A DNA stretch of 32,000 nucleotides from Candidatus Kuenenia stuttgartensis (lineage in GTDB: Bacteria > Planctomycetota > Brocadiia > Brocadiales > Brocadiaceae), in NCBI RefSeq assembly GCF_900232105.1, contig NZ_LT934425.1, positions 4,320,001-4,352,000 on the forward strand, in the 5' to 3' direction. The stretch's first letter is position 1. Each line of letters begins with the position of its first letter. Position numbers and translations under genes: made by a program. The notes under the pieces were generated by a model that made no database searches, had not been told where the DNA came from, and saw only the letters and a program-made list of their open reading frames with translations. Positions 9,204-18,313 of this stretch are shown here, piece after piece.

Positions 9204-9979
9204 ACTTACCTCGCATTATCTCTTCTATTTCATTATAGATTATTCCGTATTTCGGATGCCATATCACATTAAGTTCCATCTCTCTTCCGCAATGCTCACA
9301 AACAAACGGGTCTTGACCCGTACTTGCACGATATCTCTCCTGATAACTTTTTCGCCCGATTATCTTTACCGCGCCTACTACCTCTCTACCTATCCGTTTC
9401 AATGCTTCCCGAACTATTACTTTGATCTGCTCATATATCTTCGCCGCCTGCACTCCATAATATCGTATCCTTTTAAAACCCTTCGGCAATACATGCTGGA
9501 TCATTCTACCTATAAACCGGTACACACTTACACGCTCCTTTTTCACTCTCTGCATCTCGTGAGACCTATAATGATACGTAACCCTTCTTCCATCATACTC
9601 ATCTATGCGTCTCAATGATATGGGCGGACTTACTACATATTTCGCTACATATCTCGCTAAACTCTCATATCTCTCTGGTACCTCTCCTTTTTGGACATTC
9701 GCTACAAATCCTTCGGGATAACACCTGTAACACGCATCCACTATCTTCTCGATTTCTTCCGTATCCAGCTCTTTTCTCATCATCTCCAATAAATACCATT
9801 GCCACTTCTTATGCAGCATCTTATACGGTAAATAACTTAAATGCTCCCACCTCTGCCTTTCCTCATCAAGTCCGCCGCTACTTGCTATTATATGCAGATG
9901 GGGATTATACTGACCACTTCTACCGTGGGTCTGCAACACTACTATATACCCTCCCTTGAGTGGCCTTTTGCTCACTTTA
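9106..9979 (-). pseudogene. IS91-family (Y2) transposase, C-terminal part
   Basis: VSKRPLKGGYIVVLQTHGRSGQYNPHLHIIASSGG...YESLARYVAKYVVSPPISLRRI...VTYHYRSH...FIGRMIQHVLPKGFKRIRYYG: HUH and YxxxK motifs of IS91; the 5' part of the ORF is at 14420-14909. Confidence 0.9.
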
Positions 9980-10015
9980 GGCACTGTCCAAAAATAATTT
10001 GGTATTTTTATTAAT

Positions 10016-11787
10016 TTAGTTAAGTGAAATTGTATAATTCCAATCTGGCAAGACACTGTGTTTGTTTATGTTTATTTCTTTCATTTGGTCATCAGTGATT
10101 TTGATTCCTTTTTGGTATTCTTTCTCGTTAAGAATGGTTTGTACGAGAAGACCCGCTGTTGTTGTAGTGCCAGCAATTAAACTTAGCATAACATCATAAG
10201 ACCTCAAAGGATTCCCCTCCCAATTTTTACTGATAAAACTAAACAGACGATGTTCTACCGGATTCCATTTTGATGCTCCTGAGGGATAGTGGCAAATCCT
10301 GATGGAGAGTCCGTAAACTTTACAAATATTTTGATAAAGCGCATATTTCCACAACCGGGGACGAAATCCGTTGCTCCCTCCTGCGTCACAAAGAATAAGG
10401 AGTTCTTTTGCGCATGGATACCTCTTCCAACCAAATTCATCCAGCCAAATCTTAATTGACTCGACTGCAAATTCCGGTGTGTCATAGGACGTACCAACAA
10501 TAACTGTCCCTAAATTAGTCAGCAATTCATAGATACCAAACGGACATCCAACACCAATTGCCTGAGAACGAAAATCATGGGCCAAAACTTCATTTACTAT
10601 TTTTGTCCACGCCTTGCCCTCATTTCTGAAATTACCTATCAATTCCTTTTTCTTACTGTCAACACTGATTATTGGCTGACCAGAATCTTCAAAATACTTT
10701 TTTGTCTCATTAATAATTTCAAACTGTCTATTACGGTCCGGATGACGTGTCTCTGCTATCGTTTTGCGATTTACTCTCAGAGAATAATCCATGTCCTTAA
10801 GAAGCTTACTAACTGTTGTTGCACATACGCTTACACCTCTATCACCGCATTCTTTTTTTAGAGTACGTGTGCTTCTTCTCGTCCATATTTTTCCTTTACC
10901 CATTGGGTCTCCTGCAGTATCGCCCTCCATCAATTCTTCAAGAAGTTTTACCACATCAGTTTTTTTTTAATCGAAGAACGACCTGAACCAACCTTACGTA
11001 TCCGTCCCGGTGTAATGTTCTTACTCGAAAGTTCCCGACGCCCCTTGGCAATTGTTTTTACATTTATGCCGGTTAGCTGTGAAAGTCTTAAATCGCCGCC
11101 ATGTCCCAGTTTCATTGATTCTAAACCAAGATAAAGCCGTTTCTGCCTTTCATCAAGTATGGAAAGAAATGTCTGCAGGCAATCCGTAACCACTTCACTC
11201 CCAAAGCCGGGAATTAATACCTTTTCTTCCTTACAAGCACACAACATGATTGACTGTTTACGTCTGGCGAGTTGATCCGTACCTAACACCTTGGAGATAT
11301 ACAAATATTCTCCGGCAATCTGCTCGCGCAAGACCCTTCCAGATACCACTAATTGAGTCAGTGCATTAAAGACTCGCACATGTACCAGCGTTTGAAGCTC
11401 CGAGGCAAAATAACCTTCCTGGGATTTATTAATGATGGCCTCGAGAGTATCTACAAGACTTCCTTGTTGAGAAAAATATATTTGATTGAAACTCCAAATG
11501 CCATATTTATTATAGCTTGCAAGTTCATCCAGTGTATGATATTTGCCCGCATGGGAATAACTCGCACGATGTCCGAGCGATTTTAGCTTCCTGAAAACCG
11601 TTGCTTTTGAAGTCGTTCCCAAAGCTTCTCTGATACTGTCCAGAGTTAAAACGACATCCCTGCTGAATAGTCCCAAGAGCTTGCGATGAGAATACTTAGC
11701 TAAACGCATAATGACACCATTAGGATTAATACGCCGGATAAAATACCACTTAATCCTAATGTTATCATTATGGCTGGAGGGTGTCAA
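10016..11787 (-). CDS. ISAzo13-family transposase encoded in two overlapping frames (10948-11787 then 10016-10954), with a large winged-HTH-like N-terminal region
   Basis: ORF A ends ...LDERQKRLYLGLESMKLGHGGDLRLSQLTGINVKTIAKGRRELSSKNITPGRIRKVGSGRSSIKKK; ORF B continues VVKLLEELMEGDTAGDPMGKGKIWTRRSTRTL...QPIISVDSKKKELIGNF...SGASKWNPVEHRLFS. The frames join over an A9 run (T9 at 10960-10968) by a -1 shift. Confidence 0.8.
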
Positions 11788-11897
11788 TGCCTATATTTAC
11801 TAGTTGTAACGGCTATTACCGTGACATACACAAAGACACTGCAACGATACTATTGGTACTATACAATACCATGTTATTTGTAGTCGCTCCCTTACTA

Positions 11898-14419
11898 TAG
11901 TCGAATAAATCTGTTTTTCGAAAAACATTCTGGGTAGGGGCGAAGCATTTGCCTGCATATAAGCTAATCTTTACCCACAAATTTCAAGAGCACCGTAGTT
12001 GTACGGCCAATTGAGCTGAAGGCTAAGTGGTGTAAAGTTCGTAAGCAACTTCAATATCAGCCAAACGTGACATGCCTCGCCAAAGTACTTCACTTCCGGG
12101 ATGGCCATCACCACGGCGACCCAGATGACCGCCAAGTTTACCTAAAAGCCGCACGGCATCATTGAGGCTTGGAGGTAAATCAGGAGGCTCCTTGACCTTG
12201 TTCGCAAAAGTTGTCAATGCTTTCCATTCAGAATCGCTGAAGTAGACAGTACAAGGGACATCAGGTGTTTCTTGTCCTAAAGTAGTCAGGTAATGGATAC
12301 GCCAAGCTATAATCATATCAATGGCCAAAGCGTTGCATAGACGACGAGCACTCTCCAACTGCCGGGCCTCGACACGACAACCGCTCTTGATAATACGATG
12401 ATAACACTCAATACCCCATCGGCGAGCATACCATTCCAAACGTTCGTAAGCATCTTTTTCTTGCTTAACCGCAACTGTGGTTAACAGCATCCATTCTAAC
12501 CCATCAATTCCGATAGGCGGATTGACTTCCTGCGCCAGCACCGCCCACACCCTGACCGCAGGCATATTCTTTTTTAGCATAGGTGGGCGTAGCGTAACAG
12601 GCATCGCCGGTTGCTGTTCCAGTTTAGTCCACAAAAACTCGCATGATTCTTTATCATCAACAACCTTTCTATTGCGCGAACGTTCTGCACGGATCAGCAA
12701 CTGAGCGCCATCAGGCGTATTATACTGCTCAGCGAATACCTCGTGAATATCGGCCTCACGATCTGCCACAACCACCAGCAAAGATTTGTTTCGACAGCGT
12801 TTCTGTACTTGCGATACTGCATGGTAACTCTCCACCCATTTCCAGCTTTCCTTCTCTTCGATAGGCTTCTTGTGTCGTTCATGTTTGCTGCCTATTCCGT
12901 CCCGCGCCCAGCATTGCACATTCAGAAGTCCCAAGGGTGTACCACTTTCAGTAAACGCCATCGTATCATGCACCATCAGTCCACGAACTTTTTCACTCTT
13001 AGTACCTATCGGCCCTAACCCCTGCGTATTCGGATGTGTGCTATAATTCAGAGTCGTAGTATCTTGCGCTACCAAAACCAAACTATTCTCCTTCACACGC
13101 TCTTCCGTGGCCTCATAATGAGCTTGCAATATCGCCTTCCAATCTACATTCTCATTGTCAAGGAATCGGTATGCAGCCTTAGTCGCACTGACTGAACCGC
13201 ACGCCTGCGGAATGTTTGCCAAAGGTTTGTCATAAAACATACCTGTCATTTCTAAAAGTCTTGAGGTCAATCGTGCATCGCCCAATTTTGTTCCTCCAAG
13301 TTCCGCTTCTATCCAATCCCGAGGCTCTTTTTGTGCCACTCTTTGGCGAACATGTACTTTGCCATCGGCACAACAACACAACACCGCCTGCCATTTCTTT
13401 TGCAACGGCATAACATAAACGTCTTTGACCGTTGCACCTGTTCCTTTTCGTCCTCGACCTTCCGTGCCTCCTACATACTTCCAGTTAGCTGCCCGATAAC
13501 AGCTTCCGGAAAACCGTCCTCGTTCCACATAGGTTTCTAAAAGTACAGGACGATATTTATACACTCTTTCCCAATCATCTACCAAACGTGTTTGGCATTT
13601 TGCCAATACATGCGATGCCAAACATTTTACTCTTACCGTAGGCGCTATTAAATACCGACTGTTATTGATAACAAACGTATGATTCCGCTTACGTGCTTCC
13701 TCCGTCCATCCTATCCACTCGTCGCGACTTTCCACCCGTCTGGCACAGGCACTATAACTTAGCCCTCCTATCCATCCGTAATATTCACTGCGTACAAGAT
13801 ACCGAAGTTGCGCCCCGCATAGGGGCCCACTTCCAAGATAATGATGCGCTTCTAACATGCTACGCCAAAGTTTCGAATGGAATCTCGTTGTAACCCGTAT
13901 AATCTCTACGTCACCCAACTCCGCTAGCTCGCATGACACTTCCGCAATCGGAGGCGCCTCCGCAGGTTTATTGACTTTTTGAAATGCATAATGCTTGTTC
14001 ACCTTTGGAAGATTGATCTCTTTACGACGATCCAATTCCAATAACGCCTTGCGACAACTCATCTCTTGCAAACGGCCCGCTTGATTCCTCCAGTCCATCC
14101 ATTCGCATACCAGACGCGACAGTTTACGACGCGATAGACAGGGTTCCTTTTGGATAGTTTCTGATAAACGCTTTATTACATCATCTGAAAATATTCGACC
14201 TCCTACTCTAAGCATGTACACAGTGTAACATACGGTTAACACGGTGTCCAGCAAAAAATATGGGTCATCCCCAGCATATAAGAGAGAGACGTAAAATGCT
14301 GTACATACGCCAACCCCGCTATGTTGAAGGAGTTATACTGTACGCAGGCAAATGCTTCGCCCCCATTTTTCAAAAAGCCAAATTACCGCTAAGTTTATAA
14401 AACCAGATTTGTTTGACTA
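11898..14419 (-). mobile_element. Element (or MITE-nested element) carrying the DruA-Tn5-like fusion ORF
   Basis: Inverted outer ends TAGTCGAATAAATCTGTTTTT / (rc) TAGTCAAACAAATCTGGTTTT, plus inner inverted GGGGCGAAGCATTTGCCTGC at about 11937-11956 and 14345-14364. Confidence 0.6.
12023..14254 (-). CDS. DruA/DUF4338-like domain fused to a Tn5/IS4-type DDE transposase (743 aa)
   Basis: N-terminal LSRRKLSRLVCEWMDWRNQAGRLQEMSCRKALLELDRR...HHYLGSGPLCGAQLRYLVRSEYYGWIGGLSYSACARRVESRDEWIGW...VYKYRPVLLETYVERGRFSGSCYRAANWKYVG (DUF4338), followed by DWIEAELGGTKLGDARLTSRLLEM...ANIPQACGSVSATKAAYRFLDN (Tn5-type N-terminus) and VADREADIHEVF...YARRWGIECYHRIIKSG (DDE/YREK). Confidence 0.85.
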   Translation of the reverse strand: MLDTVLTVCYTVYMLRVGGRIFSDDVIKRLSETIQKEPCLSRRKLSRLVCEWMDWRNQAGRLQEMSCRKALLELDRRKEINLPKVNKHYAFQKVNKPAEAPPIAEVSCELAELGDVEIIRVTTRFHSKLWRSMLEAHHYLGSGPLCGAQLRYLVRSEYYGWIGGLSYSACARRVESRDEWIGWTEEARKRNHTFVINNSRYLIAPTVRVKCLASHVLAKCQTRLVDDWERVYKYRPVLLETYVERGRFSGSCYRAANWKYVGGTEGRGRKGTGATVKDVYVMPLQKKWQAVLCCCADGKVHVRQRVAQKEPRDWIEAELGGTKLGDARLTSRLLEMTGMFYDKPLANIPQACGSVSATKAAYRFLDNENVDWKAILQAHYEATEERVKENSLVLVAQDTTTLNYSTHPNTQGLGPIGTKSEKVRGLMVHDTMAFTESGTPLGLLNVQCWARDGIGSKHERHKKPIEEKESWKWVESYHAVSQVQKRCRNKSLLVVVADREADIHEVFAEQYNTPDGAQLLIRAERSRNRKVVDDKESCEFLWTKLEQQPAMPVTLRPPMLKKNMPAVRVWAVLAQEVNPPIGIDGLEWMLLTTVAVKQEKDAYERLEWYARRWGIECYHRIIKSGCRVEARQLESARRLCNALAIDMIIAWRIHYLTTLGQETPDVPCTVYFSDSEWKALTTFANKVKEPPDLPPSLNDAVRLLGKLGGHLGRRGDGHPGSEVLWRGMSRLADIEVAYELYTT

Positions 14420-14909
14420 TATAAAAATCATCCAGACATCTCTCCCCGCATGCCATGAATGCTCCTAACAATTTCTCTGAATTGTTATAAAATATTCTTC
14501 GCAACACCGACGGTACCGTTAATACTATATGCCGGTAGATTACTCCCTCATGTAACATCTTGCTTATTTGACTTATCCAATTATCTACATACACTTTACT
14601 ACACCTTAAACAAAAACTGCTCTTACAACTCATCGGCACTACTCGTTTACCGCGTCCACAACTAAAACACAAATATTCCGTCAATCCCATCTTCTCTGGA
14701 TCACCACAATTAAGCATCTTCTCCACTACTTCATCATAATAGGTGGTATCATACCTGGGAAACAACTTCTTAAAATTATCCCAATGATCAAAAAATATCT
14801 GCTTGAATATATTCCACCCTTGCCTCTGAATTATTTCCATAATCTGATTAGTATAACAACTGTCATATCTATCTACAATATAATATTTTACAACAATACA
14901 TCCCCGCAA
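14420..14909 (-). pseudogene. IS91-family transposase, N-terminal part (zinc-binding domain)
   Basis: EIIQRQGWNIFKQIFFDHWDNFKKLFPRY...EYLCFSCGRGKRVVPMSCKSSFCLRCSKVYVDNWI...LTVPSVLRRIFYNNSEKLLGAFMACGERCLDDFY; joins in frame to the C-terminal part as ...CLDDFYKVSKRPLKGGYIVV. Confidence 0.9.
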
Positions 14910-14941
14910 ACCCGCATAATTAAAATGAAAATTCCTATACT

Positions 14942-16338
14942 ATCAAGTTATTCGTTTAATTCGGTGCTGGTCCAAATCCTGCGGATTTCAATGCGGCCAT
15001 GGCCTTTTTCAATTGTTTCGTGCTGAGGGGGGGAAAAGAACTGAGATTCAGTTCCTAGATGGCTTGTTTTATGGTTTTTTGATTATCTTTCACCGTGAAT
15101 ATATATTCTGCCTTTTTGTCTTCTACCAGATAACGGGCGGTTTCCTTTTGCGCATGTAAGGCATCGAAAGTAACGACACGGTCTTTTATGTCTAAATCAT
15201 CAAACAATACCGGAACCATCGGTATTTCGTTTGTTTTGCAGTCTACCTGAGTTTGTGCGAGAACTATACCCTGTTTATGAAGAAAAGCGGCAAGCAAATG
15301 TACCTGTTTGCCGTCAGGCTGTCTTGCACCGCAAAGGGTTTTCCCGTCAACCGCAATGGGCAGGCTTTTATCACCTACAGATTGAAACCAACGCGAGAGG
15401 ACTTTATCAACTGCTTCTGCATCCACCTGCTGTAAGAAACGCCTGATGGTAGGTTCACTCGGTGGTTCGTATCGTTTCGTTTTTGTATTATAACGGCAGG
15501 AGAGACGTTTTAGCATATTTTGCGGACAACGCTTTGCCCACTCTGCAATGGCGGCAAAGCTCCAGGCATTGCAGATGATAGCACAGATAGAAATTGCCAG
15601 GATAGAACGTTTCCTGTGGCGAACGCCTCTGGGCATGCGATGTTCAGGGATTTGCTGCAATAATTCGTCAAGAAATTCCGCATCTTTTAAAGATAATTTC
15701 ATAGGCTTTGTCTCCTTTCTTAATTGTATGGTAAGATTAAGGTTGTTAAGTTGTTTTTGGACTTGTGCATTCAATGAGCGAACAAAGACCATCTTTGGCT
15801 TATTGTGCAGAAGATAGCCTTGTGATGATCTGGCAAAACCGGTTGAATGTCCTAAAAAAATCCATCCTGCGGCCTTATAGCAGACGCCTTTAAAAAAACG
15901 AGGATCGACAAAGGTCTCCACAAGCCAGATTGGATGCCCATAGACCTTAGTCCAGTCTTGTGATAAGCGCTTAAGGTTAAGAGAAAGAATACGGGAGGCA
16001 AGGTTTGGTACGTGTATCTGAGGAAGGATCAGGAAACGTGAGTTGTTTGCTATGAGTTTCAGTCGTTGCGATTTTAAAAATGGCGGCCATCCAATCCACT
16101 TATCGCGAACGGTACATTTTAATGCTGCGGCAGCCCAGCCGATCAAGGCAAGCCATTGTCCCTGTGATTCCGCTACGTAGCGAATTGATTCTCCTACGAG
16201 AGAATGAAATCCAAGGTAATGATGCTGGCGCATCAGTGTGTCCCAATTTGCCTGGTCGTTTTGTGAAACAGGACGAACGGTAATTGAATGAAGTAGTTCG
16301 TTGTGTGTGTTATCGATTGGTGTTGTATGCTGGTTCAT
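14942..16338 (-). pseudogene. DruA/DUF4338-like domain fused to an ISAs1-family transposase (427-aa ORF 15055-16338, then degraded)
   Basis: N-term HHYLGFHSLVGESIRYVAESQGQWLALIGWAAAALKCTVRDKWIGW...LVETFVDPRFFKGVCYKAAGWIFLG; C-term RGVRHRKRSILAISICAIICNAWSFAAIAEWAKR...PIAVDGKTLCGARQPDGKQVHLLAAF...YIFTVKDNQKTIKQAI-TAG, followed out of frame by HETIEKGHGRIEIRRIWTSTELNE-TAA-LD. Confidence 0.88.
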
Positions 16339-16381
16339 GCCCTATAATATAAAATATTTTAGGGGGAATGTCCACGTTTTT

Positions 16382-16432
16382 TTACATATCTTTGTATATT
16401 ATGTGCTTATGGAAAACTTTGACAGCGCCGTG
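16382..16432 (+). repeat. Terminal sequence of the DruA-ISAs1 element
   Basis: ACATATCTTTGTATATTATGTGCTTATGGAAAACTTTGACAGCGCCGTG; same sequence (opposite strand) beside the second DruA copy at about 22886-22936 and a diverged one at about 8323-8364. Confidence 0.65.
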
Positions 16433-16449
16433 GTCATTTATCCGAGGAG

Positions 16450-17285
16450 CTTTATAAAAAAGGATATGGAGTTTCTTACGAAACAATTCGAGTCATTCTT
16501 AAACAACTTGGGTATAGTCTTCAAGGTAATGATAAATCTTTGGAAGATTCTCATCCTGATCGTGATGCACAATTCAAGTATATCACCATGCAGGTAAAAA
16601 AGTTTTTAAAAGACAATCTTCCTGTTATTTCTGTTGACACTAAAAAGAAGGAATTGCTGGGAAACTATGCAAACAAAGGGCAAGAATGGCGGAAAAAAGG
16701 TTCTCCCCGAAAAGTTAATGGTCGAGATTTCCCTGATCCCAAAGGAAAAGAAATAGGCATCCCCTATGGCATCTATGATCAGGGTAAAATTTAGGAGTGG
16801 TCAATGTCGGATGCGATCATGATACCTCAGATTTTGCAGTACAAAGCATTCATAGGTGGTGGACTTATATGGGAAGAAAGATTTATCCTGATGCAAAAAA
16901 GCTGTTGATATGTGCAGATAGTGGTGGCAGTAACGGCTATAGAGTTCGCCTATGGAAAATCAAACTACAAGAATTTGCAAATAAATCAGGCATGGAAATT
17001 ACAGTATGCCATTTTCCTAAAGGAACAATTAAATGGAACAAAATGGAACATAGACTTTTTTCTCATATTAGCATGAATTGGAAAGGTCATCCGCTGACCA
17101 GCCATGATGTTATGGTTAATTTAATTGGCGCAACAAAAACAAAAACCGGATTGAAGGTTGGAGTTAAAATTGACAAAAGGAAATATCCAACAGGGATAAA
17201 GGTTTCCGATCAGGAAATGGAAAAGATTAATATTGGAAAGCATAATTTCCATGGAGATTGGAATTATACAATTTCAAAAAATTGA
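16450..17285 (+). pseudogene. ISAzo13-family transposase remnant
   Basis: Split frames: FLNNLGYSLQGNDKSLEDSHPDRDAQF, QFKYITMQVKKFLKDNLPVISVDTKKKELLGNY and MVNVGCDHDTSDFAVQSIHRWW...FPKGTIKWNKMEHRLFSHISMNWKG...NIGKHNFHGDWNYTISKN; N-terminus missing, at least two frame disruptions. Confidence 0.85.
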
Positions 17286-17743
17286 GTCATTCACACCTTG
17301 TTATCCCATGCCATAGTTGTAAAAGTTATTATCTGACAACCCCTAATTGTACATTGTAGCACAAGCATCCTGCTTGTGGCATTTTACCCTCAAACTGGAT
17401 ACTTGTGTTACTATTCTTTCTCTCCCCCTTCCTGTTAATGATATTTTTACAAAAAATCGGGAATGCTCCCGTACGAAGGTACGAAGTTACGAAGGTACGA
17501 AAGATGCACTTGTTTAGAATTTCAAATCATTTTATCATTAGAATTTGTTTCGGATTTCGGATTTCGGATTTCGTGTTTCACCGTTACCGTAAATTATTTT
17601 AACATATATCCTCATAGTCACTTAATCATTGTCTATATTTATATTTTTATTGCTCTGTATGTACGTGTTTGATACAATTGCAAAACTTTTTGTAAATAAT
17701 GGCAGATGCGTTCTCTTTTTAGTATAGAAAAGGAGTTGTTGAG

Positions 17744-17986
17744 ATGGGACTTTTTTTGGGAAAAATCATAGGTCTCTATGAAATTGTTTTGATTATTAGA
17801 ATCGTACTTTCCTGGGTACCGCATAATCCCTATAACCAGGCAATACAGTTTTTGTATAAAATCACTGACCCCGTATTGAATCCGGTGCGCAGATACATTC
17901 CGACGTTCAGAGGCATTGACTTCTCCCCTATCGTGGTATTCATCGGATTAGGGATTGTTAAAAGAATTATTATGGAGATGTTTTGA
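17744..17986 (+). CDS. YggT-family membrane protein
   Basis: 80 aa: LYEIVLIIRIVLSWVPHNPYNQAIQFLYKITDPVLNPVRRYIPTFRGIDFSPIVVFIGLGIVKRI, characteristic YggT sequence. Confidence 0.9.
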   Translation: MGLFLGKIIGLYEIVLIIRIVLSWVPHNPYNQAIQFLYKITDPVLNPVRRYIPTFRGIDFSPIVVFIGLGIVKRIIMEMF

Positions 17987-18313
17987 GGGGTATGCATTAT
18001 CCCTGTCCGGGAGACAGAGGTTTTAGGCAAACAAAAAGAGATTGAAACCACAGATTGTACCGGTTCATCGTCCAAAATCTGTGGAATCTGTAGTTTCAGT
18101 AATTTCTTCTAAAATCTGACTCCTTTGTTAAAGAGAAATTCTCTGTAAAGATATAAATATCCTCTAATTTCGCTTGGAATCTCACCCTCTTCTAATCAAT
18201 CCTTCTGGAAAATAAACAAAGAATTTTTTTAAGATGTTACCTGACCTGAACAAACTGAAAGTGAAATACAGGGTAAGGCGTTAGACAGGGAAGATACATT
18301 CATCATTCGTTAA

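Noticed and set aside
12477-13893. Plus-strand ORFs opposite the DruA-Tn5 fusion
   Set aside because: Shadow ORFs without family features.
15000-15054. Claim that all frameshifts and stops here are biological
   Set aside because: Several lie in homopolymers (C7 here, C5/G4 near 6235, A9 at 10960), so sequencing error cannot be excluded without read data.
12023-16338. A functional Druantia defence system
   Set aside because: Only DruA-like domains within transposases are present; no DruB/C/D/E or large helicase partner is visible.
16301-16597. 98-aa ORF containing MENFDSAVVIYPRSFIKK as a gene
   Set aside because: It combines the DruA-ISAs1 element end with the start of an ISAzo13 remnant in the wrong frame; not a real gene.
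18049-18093. Inverted repeat CCACAGATT...AATCTGTGG as a rho-independent terminator
   Set aside because: 9-bp stem, but loop of about 25 nt and no T-tract after it; AT-rich, so weak evidence.
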